Origin: Christensenellaceae bacterium
GTDB lineage: Bacteria; Bacillota; Clostridia; Christensenellales; Borkfalkiaceae
Assembly: GCA_045645345.1 (NCBI GenBank)
Contig: JAZRIP010000026.1
Coordinates: 5,142 to 69,141, forward strand
Length of the DNA stretch: 64,000 bases
Reading direction: 5' to 3'
The notes below the pieces were generated by a model, which ran no database searches, had not been told where the DNA came from, and was given only the letters and a program-made list of their open reading frames with translations. Every line of letters begins with the position of its first letter. Position 1 is the stretch's first letter. This document shows positions 55,514 to 64,000 of the stretch, one piece after another. Made by a program: the position numbers and the translations under genes.

Positions 55514-55521
55514 GGTGTAAA

Positions 55522-56736
55522 TTATTCAATAACCGTAGTGCCTATATTTCTAATATTTGCTTTAAAAACGTTGTCGCTACCAAAAAGTTTTTTCATTTTT
55601 AAAAGGTATTTATCAACTTCGTTATCGTTAACTATGGCTAAAATAGAACCGGCAAAACCACCGCCGTGAATTCTACACGCACCGTCTTTAATAATTAATT
55701 TTGAATATTCTACGGCAAGAAGGATAGGCTGTGTTTCATCGTTTGGAACGTAGTAGTTTTGGAGTAAAGAAAGACTAGAAACACCAGATTCGTTTACGAG
55801 TTTTAAAAAAGTCTTATAATCGTTTTGCAAAAGGGCGTTTTGACAAAGTAAAACTCTTTCGTTTTCTTTATAAAAATGAACGCAACGCATTATGGCTCTA
55901 CCTGTAAAATGTCTTTTAAGAGCAGGCATTTGGCTTAAAAATTCTTTAAACGGAATTTCTCTTAAAACACTTTTACCAAAGAAGTTAGCAACGGCAGACA
56001 TTTCACTTCTAATGCTAGCATAGTGTGAAGTTAAATTAGCGTGGTCGCCACCCGTATTAGTAATTACTATTGAATAACCGACAGGTGCGTTAATTTTGGA
56101 AATGGTAGGATTTTCTTCGTTTTTGAAATCAAGTTTAACGAGTGAGCCGATTGAAATTCCACACTGGTCTAAAAGTCCGCAAGGTTTGTTAAAATATACG
56201 TTTTCGGCATATTTTGAAATCACTGCTTTATCAATTTCGGTTAAAACGCCGTTTAAATACAAATAATTAAAAATTTCGGCAACCAAAACTTCAAAAGACG
56301 CAGACGAAGAAACTCCAGCACCTTTAAAAATATTACTATCGGTATAAGCCGTAAAACCACCTATTTTAAATCCCCTTTCTTTAATAGCATACGCAATACC
56401 TTTTACGAGTGCAGTGGAAGTTGAAAATTCTTCTTTTTTCAAAGACAAGTCGTTCAAATCGACTATAACGGGTGTGTAGCCTTGTGAGTAAATTTTTACT
56501 AAACTGTCTTGCGTTTTATTAACTACTGCAAGAATATCGCAACTAATCGACGCAACTAAAACCATACCGTTATTATGGTCGGTGTGGTTGCCTAAAACCT
56601 CGCATCTGCCAGGCGAAGAAAAAACGTGATTAGGCTCAAAACCTTCGCCTTTGATAAATTCTTTTTTTAAGGTTTCAATACGTTTTTCCGCCTTTTTCGC
56701 AAGAGTTTTATTACCATATAAAAGTTCTAAATTCAT
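55522..56736 (-). CDS. galK: galactokinase
   Basis: GRCEVLGNHTDHNNG (galactokinase signature) and GHMP kinase motif GAGVSSSAS. Confidence 0.9.
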   Translation of the reverse strand: MNLELLYGNKTLAKKAEKRIETLKKEFIKGEGFEPNHVFSSPGRCEVLGNHTDHNNGMVLVASISCDILAVVNKTQDSLVKIYSQGYTPVIVDLNDLSLKKEEFSTSTALVKGIAYAIKERGFKIGGFTAYTDSNIFKGAGVSSSASFEVLVAEIFNYLYLNGVLTEIDKAVISKYAENVYFNKPCGLLDQCGISIGSLVKLDFKNEENPTISKINAPVGYSIVITNTGGDHANLTSHYASIRSEMSAVANFFGKSVLREIPFKEFLSQMPALKRHFTGRAIMRCVHFYKENERVLLCQNALLQNDYKTFLKLVNESGVSSLSLLQNYYVPNDETQPILLAVEYSKLIIKDGACRIHGGGFAGSILAIVNDNEVDKYLLKMKKLFGSDNVFKANIRNIGTTVIE

Positions 56737-57038
56737 TTTTTTACCTTCTTTCTTAGTTAGGACTTTATTATATCAAAACCGTTTGCTTTTGTAAATAGAA
56801 CCTTGAAAATTAAATTAATATAAATTACTAAAAAGGTCAAAAAGCGTCGATTTAGTCAAAAAAATATAAAATATACGCTACCAAACAATTGCAAAAATCA
56901 AAAAAATATGATAATATAAATAACGGAAAAATTCACACTGCGATTATCACCCTTGTTCGAGAGATGGTAAATTTCACTTTTCATGCCGTTTTTTTAGGGA
57001 GTTACGATGTCGTAGGAGGAATATCGGAGGTATTTATT

Positions 57039-57818
57039 ATGGCAGTTTGTTCAATGAAACAATTACTCGAAGCAGGCGTTCATTTTGGTCACCAAACTTC
57101 AAGGTGGAATCCAAAAATGAAAAAGTACATTTACGGTGCAAGAAACAATATTCATATAATTGACTTGCAACTTACCGTAGAAGAAATCGAAAAGGCTTAC
57201 AAATTCGTAGTTGAAACGGTAAAACAAGGTAAATCAGTTTTATTTGTAGGCACGAAAAAGCAAGCACAAGAAGCAATTAAGCAAGAAGCAGAAAGATGTG
57301 GACAATTCTATATGAACACAAGATGGCTTGGTGGTACGCTTACTAACTTCAAAACTATTAAGTCACGTGTTGAAAGACTTGATAAACTTGACAATATGGA
57401 AAAAACAGGTCAATTCGACTTACTTCCTAAAAAAGAAGTTATTGCACTTAAAGCAGAAAGAGATAAATTGCAAGCAGTTTTAGGTGGTATTAGACAAATG
57501 AATACCCTTCCAGGCGTGTTATTCGTAGTTGACCCACATAGCGAAGATATTGCAGTTAGAGAAGCAAAAAATCTTAATATTCCAGTAGTTGCTATTACCG
57601 ATACTAACTGTGACCCATCACCTATCGATTACGTTATCCCTGGTAACGACGATGCTATTAGAGCAGTTAAACTCGTTGCTTCAATTATAGCAGATGCAGT
57701 AATCGAAGCAAATCAAGGTGAAGACGCTGTTAGACGTGACGTTGAAGAAGATGCAGTTTCTATGACTGACGCTATCGAACAAGCAGATGCAACTGAAACT
57801 GAAAGTCAAGCAGAATAA
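57039..57818 (+). CDS. rpsB: 30S ribosomal protein S2
   Basis: Start at [27 protein letters not shown] with GGAGG SD. The track's N-terminal extension is spurious. Confidence 0.95.
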   Translation: MAVCSMKQLLEAGVHFGHQTSRWNPKMKKYIYGARNNIHIIDLQLTVEEIEKAYKFVVETVKQGKSVLFVGTKKQAQEAIKQEAERCGQFYMNTRWLGGTLTNFKTIKSRVERLDKLDNMEKTGQFDLLPKKEVIALKAERDKLQAVLGGIRQMNTLPGVLFVVDPHSEDIAVREAKNLNIPVVAITDTNCDPSPIDYVIPGNDDAIRAVKLVASIIADAVIEANQGEDAVRRDVEEDAVSMTDAIEQADATETESQAE

Positions 57819-57845
57819 TTAAAAATAAAATTAAGGAGAATTAAT

Positions 57846-58505
57846 ATGAGTTTTACAGCAAAAGACGTAATGGCACTTCGTGAAAGAACGGGTGCAGGTA
57901 TGATGGATTGTAAAAAAGCACTTACTGAAACTAACGGCGATATGGATAAAGCAGTTGACTATTTAAGAGAAAAAGGTATTGCTAAGGCTGCTAAAAAAGC
58001 AGGTAGAATTGCTGCAGAAGGTATCGTTGATAGTTATATTCATATGGGTGGTAGAGTTGGCGTTTTACTTGAAGTAAACTGTGAAACGGACTTCGTTGCT
58101 CGTGGTGACAAATTTAAGGAACTCGTTCACGATATCGCACTTCAAATTGCGGCGGCTAACCCTATTTATCTTGCAAAAGAAGACGTTCCAGCCGACGTTT
58201 TAGAAAAAGAAAAAGAAATTTTAAAGGCACAAGCACTTGAAGAAGGTAAACCTTTAAATATCGTTGAAAGAATGGTTGAAGGTAGAATTAAAACTTTCTA
58301 TGACGAAAATTGTTTACTTTGCCAAAAGTTTGTTAAAGACCCTTCTAAAACTATCGAACAACTCGTAGTAGAAGCAACTGCAACTATCGGCGAAAAGATT
58401 AGCATTAGAAGATTTGTTCGTTACGAAATGGGCGAAGGTTTACAAAAGAAAACTGAAAATTTAGCAGATGAAGTTGCAGCACAAGTTGGTGCCATGAAAC
58501 AATAA
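57846..58505 (+). CDS. tsf: translation elongation factor Ts (short form)
   Basis: UBA-like N-terminus [19 protein letters not shown]. 219 aa. Confidence 0.95.
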   Translation: MSFTAKDVMALRERTGAGMMDCKKALTETNGDMDKAVDYLREKGIAKAAKKAGRIAAEGIVDSYIHMGGRVGVLLEVNCETDFVARGDKFKELVHDIALQIAAANPIYLAKEDVPADVLEKEKEILKAQALEEGKPLNIVERMVEGRIKTFYDENCLLCQKFVKDPSKTIEQLVVEATATIGEKISIRRFVRYEMGEGLQKKTENLADEVAAQVGAMKQ

Positions 58506-58565
58506 TTATTAAAAAGGAACTTTTATGTTCCTTTTTTTTAAAATAGTTTATAACGGAGAAATTTT

Positions 58566-59270
58566 ATGAAAAGCAAGTATAAAAGAGTAATAATAAAAAT
58601 AAGTGGCGAAGCGTTAGCAGGTCAAAGTGGATTTGGTTTTGACCATAACGTAGTTGACGGCGTAGTTGAACAAATAAAAACGGTGGTAGAAGAAGGCGTT
58701 GAAGTTGCAATCGTAGTTGGTGGCGGTAACTTTTGGCGTGGTAGACAAGGCACTGAGATGGAAAGAACTACGGCAGACCATATGGGTATGTTGGCAACCG
58801 TAATTAACGCACTCTGCTTACAAGACGCATTAGAAAGAAAAGGCGTTTTAACTAGAGTTCAAACGGCACTTACTATAACTAGGGTTGCAGAGCCTTATAT
58901 TTTGAGAAAGGCTTTAAATCACCTTTCAAAAGGAAGGGTAGTGATTTTCGCTTGCGGTACGGGTAATCCTTTCTTTTCTACAGATACTGCAGTTGCTTTA
59001 AGAGCAGCAGAAATTAACGCCGACGTAATATTGCTTGCTAAAAACGTTGACGGGATATACGATAGCGACCCAAAAACTAATAAAAATGCTAAAAAATACA
59101 AAGAAATCAAGTACATTGACTTTATAAGTCAAGAATTAAAGGCAATGGACACTGCCGCAGTTGCTATTTGTATGGAAAATAAAACTCCTATACTAGCGTT
59201 TGGACTTAACGAAGAAAATGCAATCGTAAGAGTAGTTAACGGCGAAGATTTAGGTACTTGGATTAGATAA
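58566..59270 (+). CDS. pyrH: UMP kinase
   Basis: [39 protein letters not shown]. Confidence 0.95.
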   Translation: MKSKYKRVIIKISGEALAGQSGFGFDHNVVDGVVEQIKTVVEEGVEVAIVVGGGNFWRGRQGTEMERTTADHMGMLATVINALCLQDALERKGVLTRVQTALTITRVAEPYILRKALNHLSKGRVVIFACGTGNPFFSTDTAVALRAAEINADVILLAKNVDGIYDSDPKTNKNAKKYKEIKYIDFISQELKAMDTAAVAICMENKTPILAFGLNEENAIVRVVNGEDLGTWIR

Positions 59271-59419
59271 AAAGTTAAAACACTTTGGATTTTTTGCCAA
59301 AGTGTTTTTTAATTAACATAATTAAAAATGGTATTTTGATTAAAAATAAAAAAACCCTTTACAAAATGGCAATATTAATATAAAATAGTATTGAGAAAAT
59401 ATATTTAGGAGATTTTATT

Positions 59420-59995
59420 ATGGCAATCGATTTAGAAAGTTTAGAAATGATAATTTTAGAATGCGAAGAAAAAATGGGCAAATCATTAGACGTTTTAAAA
59501 GCAGACGTTATTCAAATAAGAGCAGGTAGAGCAAATCCACGTATTTTAGATAAAATTTTAGTTGAAGCATACGGGGGGATGAGTCCTATTAATCAATTAG
59601 GTAACGTATCAGTTACAGACGGTCAATGTTTAGTTATTTCTCCTTGGGACAAATCGTTACTTAAAAGCGTTGAAAAGGCAATACTTTTATCAAATATAGG
59701 TTTAACTCCTACAAACGACGGTAACGTAATAAGAATAGTATTTCCAACTCTTACAGACGAAAGAAGAAGGGAACTTTGCAAGCAAGTTAGAAAAATGGGC
59801 GAAGACGGCAAAGTTGCTATAAGAAATATTCGTCGTGAGTTTTTAGATTCTTTCAAAAAACTTAAAACGGCAAAAGATATAACCGAAGACCAATATTCAC
59901 AATACGAAACGCAAGTTGATAAACTTACTGCCAAAAACGTAGAGGCAATTGATAAGGTTATAGGCGATAAAGAAAAGGAAATAATGACGGTATAA
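59420..59995 (+). CDS. frr: ribosome recycling factor
   Basis: 191 aa. IRAGRANP and LTDERRRELCKQVRK motifs. Confidence 0.95.
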   Translation: MAIDLESLEMIILECEEKMGKSLDVLKADVIQIRAGRANPRILDKILVEAYGGMSPINQLGNVSVTDGQCLVISPWDKSLLKSVEKAILLSNIGLTPTNDGNVIRIVFPTLTDERRRELCKQVRKMGEDGKVAIRNIRREFLDSFKKLKTAKDITEDQYSQYETQVDKLTAKNVEAIDKVIGDKEKEIMTV

Positions 59996-60687
59996 TGCAT
60001 AATACACATAAAATTCCACACCACATCGGTTTTATTATGGATGGTAACGGTAGGTGGGCAAAGGAAAGATTGTTACCAAGGACAAGGGGACACGTTAAAG
60101 GTGCTAACGTTGTTGAAAAAGTTGTAAACTACTGCTTTAAGAAAGGAGTAGAAGTCGTTTCGTTGTATGCTTTTTCAACGGAAAACTGGCAACGCCCAGA
60201 AAAAGAAGTTAATAAAATTTTTAGTATTTTAGAAACCTTTTTAAATAAATATTCGGCTAAACTAATTAGTCACGAAATTAGATTAATATTCTCGGGCGAT
60301 TTAACTAGATTGCCTGAAAAATTACAAGCACTTTGCTTGCAAAGGGTAGATGAAACTAAAAAGTTTGGCAAAGGCATACTAAACATTGCTTTAAATTATG
60401 GTAGCAGACAAGAAATTTTAAGGGCTTGCAACGAACTTTTAAAAGAAGGTAAACAAGAAATTACCGAAAAAGATTTTGAAAGGAAATTGTACACGCATGG
60501 TCTTCCTGATATTGACCTTATAGTTAGAACGAGTGGCGAGCAACGTTTGAGTAATTTCTTTTTGTATCAATCAAGTTACGCAGAACTATATTTTACAGAA
60601 TGTTTATGGCCAGATTTTAACCATAAGGAATTACACAAGGTATTTGAGTGGTATGCTCATCGGCACAGAAGATTTGGAGAGGTTTAA
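59995..60687 (+). CDS. uppS: isoprenyl transferase (undecaprenyl diphosphate synthase)
   Basis: HIGFIMDGNGRWA, FSTENWQRP, RTSGEQRLSNF. Confidence 0.95.
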   Translation: MHNTHKIPHHIGFIMDGNGRWAKERLLPRTRGHVKGANVVEKVVNYCFKKGVEVVSLYAFSTENWQRPEKEVNKIFSILETFLNKYSAKLISHEIRLIFSGDLTRLPEKLQALCLQRVDETKKFGKGILNIALNYGSRQEILRACNELLKEGKQEITEKDFERKLYTHGLPDIDLIVRTSGEQRLSNFFLYQSSYAELYFTECLWPDFNHKELHKVFEWYAHRHRRFGEV

Positions 60688-60689
60688 AA

Positions 60690-61574
60690 ATGTTAAAGAG
60701 AACGATAACGTCAATTTTTATAATTGTAATTGTGTTAGCCTTCTTTGTTTTAAGGCAATTAGTAGACGTTAGGTTTTTCGACTTATTTATATATTTAGTA
60801 GCGTTGACGTGTGCTTTTGAATTTTTGCGAGCATTGAAAGATGGGATAACTATACACCAAAAAGCACTATCGTATGCGTTTACTGTTTTAATTATACCTT
60901 GCATAGTATTTGCGTATAGGTATGCACTTTCGTTTACTATTTTTTTAGTTGCGTTGGTGTTTTTGTTCTCGCTTTTTCACGAAAAATCATCATCTATAGA
61001 TAAAATAGCAAAAACCATATTGTCAATGTTTTATCCTACGGGATTTTTCATTGCTTTCACGTATATTAATGCGTATAGTAAAATTTTCGTTAACGTAGAC
61101 GACGTATTTTCGTTAATAGTTTTAATATTAATTTTCGGTTGTGCTACTTTTACCGACACTATGGCATATTTGGTTGGCTCTATTGTAAAAGGCAAAAAGT
61201 TATGTCCTAAAATAAGCCCTAACAAAACGGTTAGCGGTGCAATCGGTGGGCTTTTTGGTGGAATTATTGCATCGGTATTAACGTACGTAATATTTGCTAG
61301 TTTAGGTTATGATTTATTCAGTTATTTGTCACCATCGGTATTTGGTTCTATTACTCCGTTTTTAAAGATAGTAATAATGACGATAATCGGTTTAATTTTT
61401 GCCGTAGTCGGCGAAGTAGGCGATTTGGCAGAAAGTTTAATAAAGCGTCAACTTGGCGTTAAAGATATGGGCAATTTATTGCCGGGACACGGCGGTATGC
61501 TCGATAGAATGGACAGCATAGTATTTATTTCGCTTTTAGCACACATATTGTTCTCATTTTTAGTAGGTAGATAG
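60690..61574 (+). CDS. cdsA: phosphatidate cytidylyltransferase
   Basis: Start at MLKRTI with GGAGAGG SD. CTP-transferase signature SLIKRQLGVKDMGNLLPGHGGMLDRMDS. Confidence 0.9.
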   Translation: MLKRTITSIFIIVIVLAFFVLRQLVDVRFFDLFIYLVALTCAFEFLRALKDGITIHQKALSYAFTVLIIPCIVFAYRYALSFTIFLVALVFLFSLFHEKSSSIDKIAKTILSMFYPTGFFIAFTYINAYSKIFVNVDDVFSLIVLILIFGCATFTDTMAYLVGSIVKGKKLCPKISPNKTVSGAIGGLFGGIIASVLTYVIFASLGYDLFSYLSPSVFGSITPFLKIVIMTIIGLIFAVVGEVGDLAESLIKRQLGVKDMGNLLPGHGGMLDRMDSIVFISLLAHILFSFLVGR

Positions 61575-61588
61575 GATATAATAGTAAT

Positions 61589-62734
61589 ATGATAAAAATT
61601 GCATTACTTGGTTCAACGGGGTCTATCGGTAGGCAAGTTTTAAACGTCGTAGATAGATATCCTAATAAATTTCAAATAGTATCGATGTCGGCAGGTGCTA
61701 ACGCTAGTCTTTTTAACGAACAGATTAATAAATATAAACCAAAAATAGCATCACTTTACGACGTTCAAAAATTAAACGGCATTAAAGAAGTACCAAACGG
61801 CACTTCTTTATATTATGGCGAAAACGCTATTTTGCACGCCGTAGACGTTGATTGCGACGTGGTTTTCGTTGCAGTTATGGGCTTTAGTGGGGTAAAAGCC
61901 GTAAAATACGCTATAGAAAACGGCAAAAGAATTGCTCTTGCTAATAAAGAAACGTTAGTTAGTGCAGGTCAACTTATAATGCCCCTTGCAAAAAAACACG
62001 GGGTGGATATTATTCCGGTTGATAGTGAACACTCGGCAATTTGGCAGTGTTTAGACTATAATAAAGAAAAACCTTTTAAAAATCTAATACTTACGGCGTC
62101 TGGTGGTGCTTTTAGAGATAAAACTCAACAAGAGTTAGAAAACGTTACTTATAAAGACGCATTATGTCATCCTACGTGGAAAATGGGTAATAAAATAACC
62201 ATTGATTGTGCTACGATGATGAATAAAGGTTTTGAAATTTTAGAGGCAATGCATTTGTTTTCAATCGGTCTTGATAAAATTAAAGTTTTAATTCATAAAG
62301 AAAGCATAGTTCACTCTATGGTTGAGTTTGAAGACGGCGGAATTATAGCACAACTTGGCGATGCTAATATGGAATTACCTATTCAACTTGCTTTAACTTA
62401 TCCAGAAAGGTTGCCTTTAAATAATGATAATTTTAGTTTGGTGGGGAAAAATCTATCGTTTTATGACGTTGATAGAAATAAATATCCTTGTTTTGCTCTT
62501 TTTGAAGAAGTTATAAAAAAGGGTGGAGTATATCCGTGCGTATCGGCTAGTGCCGACGAAGAAGCCGTTAAATTGTTCTTACAAGGCAGAATAAAATATA
62601 CGGAAATCGTCGAATATATAAGATATGCTATTGAAAAGTCAAATCAACTTCCGTTAACGTTTGAAAACTTGTATTATATAGATTATAACGCAAGACGATT
62701 AGTTGACGAGTTGTATGCAAAAAGGAACGGCTAA
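61589..62734 (+). CDS. dxr: 1-deoxy-D-xylulose 5-phosphate reductoisomerase
   Basis: LGSTGSIG, LANKE, PVDSEHSAIWQC. Confidence 0.95.
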   Translation: MIKIALLGSTGSIGRQVLNVVDRYPNKFQIVSMSAGANASLFNEQINKYKPKIASLYDVQKLNGIKEVPNGTSLYYGENAILHAVDVDCDVVFVAVMGFSGVKAVKYAIENGKRIALANKETLVSAGQLIMPLAKKHGVDIIPVDSEHSAIWQCLDYNKEKPFKNLILTASGGAFRDKTQQELENVTYKDALCHPTWKMGNKITIDCATMMNKGFEILEAMHLFSIGLDKIKVLIHKESIVHSMVEFEDGGIIAQLGDANMELPIQLALTYPERLPLNNDNFSLVGKNLSFYDVDRNKYPCFALFEEVIKKGGVYPCVSASADEEAVKLFLQGRIKYTEIVEYIRYAIEKSNQLPLTFENLYYIDYNARRLVDELYAKRNG

Positions 62735-62737
62735 TTT

Positions 62738-64000
62738 ATGACGGGAATATTTAACACTATTTTATATATAGGTTTAGCAATATTAATTTTGCTTTTTATG
62801 ATAACCGTACACGAGTTTGGGCATTATATCGTTGGTAAACTTTTAGGTTTTAAAATTAACGAGTTTGCAATAGGTATGGGACCTGCGTTATTTAAAAGAA
62901 AAAGCAAAAAAACTAACGAAGTTTTTTCTATTCGTATTTTCCCGTTAGGGGGATATTGTGCCTTTGACGGCGAAGACGAGCAAAGCGATAACGAAAACGC
63001 CTTTAATAACAAAGCACCGTATAAAAGAATTTTGGTCCTTATTGCCGGTGCTACGATGAATTTAATTTTTGGCGTACTGATATTAATGCTTTCAGTTGGT
63101 TGCTACGGGCAGTTGTTAGTTCAAACTTATGATATTAAAGTTGACCAAACGTATCAAGAGTATTCGTTAAAAAACGACGACGTTATACTTGCAATAAACG
63201 ATAAAAACGTTTTTATGTCAAGTGACGTGGCAAGCATATTAAAAGGTAAAAAACAAGGTGATATTGTAAAAGTTAAGGTTAAAGAAAAAGTTGGTAACAC
63301 GTATCAAACGGTTACTAGGCAAGTAAAATTACGCAACGACGTTAGTAACGAAAATTTAACCGACGTGTTTTCGGCATTTGAAAGTTTAGGTATAGCCACG
63401 ATTATAAGAATAGATAGCGTTAGCGAAAATTCTACTTTTGTTGAAGGTAAAACCTATTTGCAACGATTAAAAACGGCTGAAGAATATTACGATTGCCAAA
63501 GAATTTTTAATCTTCAAGACTTAATTAATTACGCTAAAACCAAAAACGTAGGTGAAATAGTTTCTTTTTACGTTTCAGTTGAAGGAGAGACTGAACCTAA
63601 ACTTGTAGAAATTCCGCTTGCCGTAGATATTCAAAACTTAGATAATCAAAGCCTTTTAAATGTTTTAGGAATAAACCAAACGTCAAAATTATTAAAATAC
63701 ACGACAAAAAACACCAAGTTTTCTTTCTTTGAAACGTTAGGAAGAAGTTTGGAATATTCGGTAACTATTGCAGGCACTATTTTTAGAACGCTTGGCGAAT
63801 TATTAACGGGTAAATTAGGTATGAGTGCAGTAGGTGGACCGATTACTACAATTACTACGACTGCAACTGCTATTCAAACGGGTGGATTTAATTACTTTTT
63901 AGAAATAGCAGGTTTTATAGGTATAAATTTGGCTGTATTTAATTTATTGCCTATTCCAGCGTTAGACGGCTCAAGAGTGTTATTTTGTTTAATAGAGTGG
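62738..64000 (+). CDS. rseP: RIP site-2 metalloprotease RseP/RasP, 3'-truncated by window edge
   Basis: Not in the ORF track because it has no stop inside the window. ATG at 62738. HEFGHY zinc motif. PDZ-like middle region. The frame is open to nt 64000 (421 codons). Confidence 0.9.
   Translation, partial: MTGIFNTILYIGLAILILLFMITVHEFGHYIVGKLLGFKINEFAIGMGPALFKRKSKKTNEVFSIRIFPLGGYCAFDGEDEQSDNENAFNNKAPYKRILVLIAGATMNLIFGVLILMLSVGCYGQLLVQTYDIKVDQTYQEYSLKNDDVILAINDKNVFMSSDVASILKGKKQGDIVKVKVKEKVGNTYQTVTRQVKLRNDVSNENLTDVFSAFESLGIATIIRIDSVSENSTFVEGKTYLQRLKTAEEYYDCQRIFNLQDLINYAKTKNVGEIVSFYVSVEGETEPKLVEIPLAVDIQNLDNQSLLNVLGINQTSKLLKYTTKNTKFSFFETLGRSLEYSVTIAGTIFRTLGELLTGKLGMSAVGGPITTITTTATAIQTGGFNYFLEIAGFIGINLAVFNLLPIPALDGSRVLFCLIEW

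Noticed and set aside
56737-57038. Possible regulatory leader or small ORF upstream of rpsB
   Set aside because: The track ORF extension here has no SD and no conserved sequence. I could not find a convincing conserved structure or terminator, so I make no call.

Overview
This 64 kb window is a low-GC chromosomal segment from a spore-forming Bacillota (Clostridia-like) organism. That assignment rests on spo0A, spoIIE, a gerA-type germinant receptor operon, the ecfA-ecfA-ecfT-truA block, the rpsB-tsf-pyrH-frr-uppS-cdsA-dxr-rseP block, a T-box and an L-box. Most of the window is ordinary. It holds housekeeping genes (clpB, gap, thrS, birA, recO, rsmE, truA), sugar catabolism genes (eda, kdgK, galM, galK, two glycosidase loci, one AraC-linked locus) and sporulation/germination genes. 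I see two tRNAs (Leu-CAG, Gln-CTG). I see no rRNA, CRISPR array, transposase or integrase. The stand-out region is a small accessory islet at about 19.7-23.5 kb. Perfect 68-bp direct repeats bracket an XRE regulator and a SLOG/DUF1273 gene. Next comes a roughly 280-nt hairpin-dense non-coding block with a GTGATAT motif array. After it, a strong promoter drives two tandem paralogous TIR-like genes that share an unrecognised C-terminal domain. Only the second gene keeps the TIR catalytic-type SxWxxxE glutamate. I consider this the best candidate for an undescribed NAD/nucleotide-centred immune system. Other items worth a second look are: a Pnk-HD plus Rnl1-like RNA ligase repair operon with an apparently leaderless promoter; a Spo0A whose receiver domain lacks the phospho-acceptor Asp (Gly56); an MFS-GH2 transporter-enzyme fusion; a vestigial tRNA-Leu 3'-end duplication; and GC-rich hairpin modules that recur in several intergenic regions. 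All functional calls come from reading motifs in the translations by eye. No database search was run.
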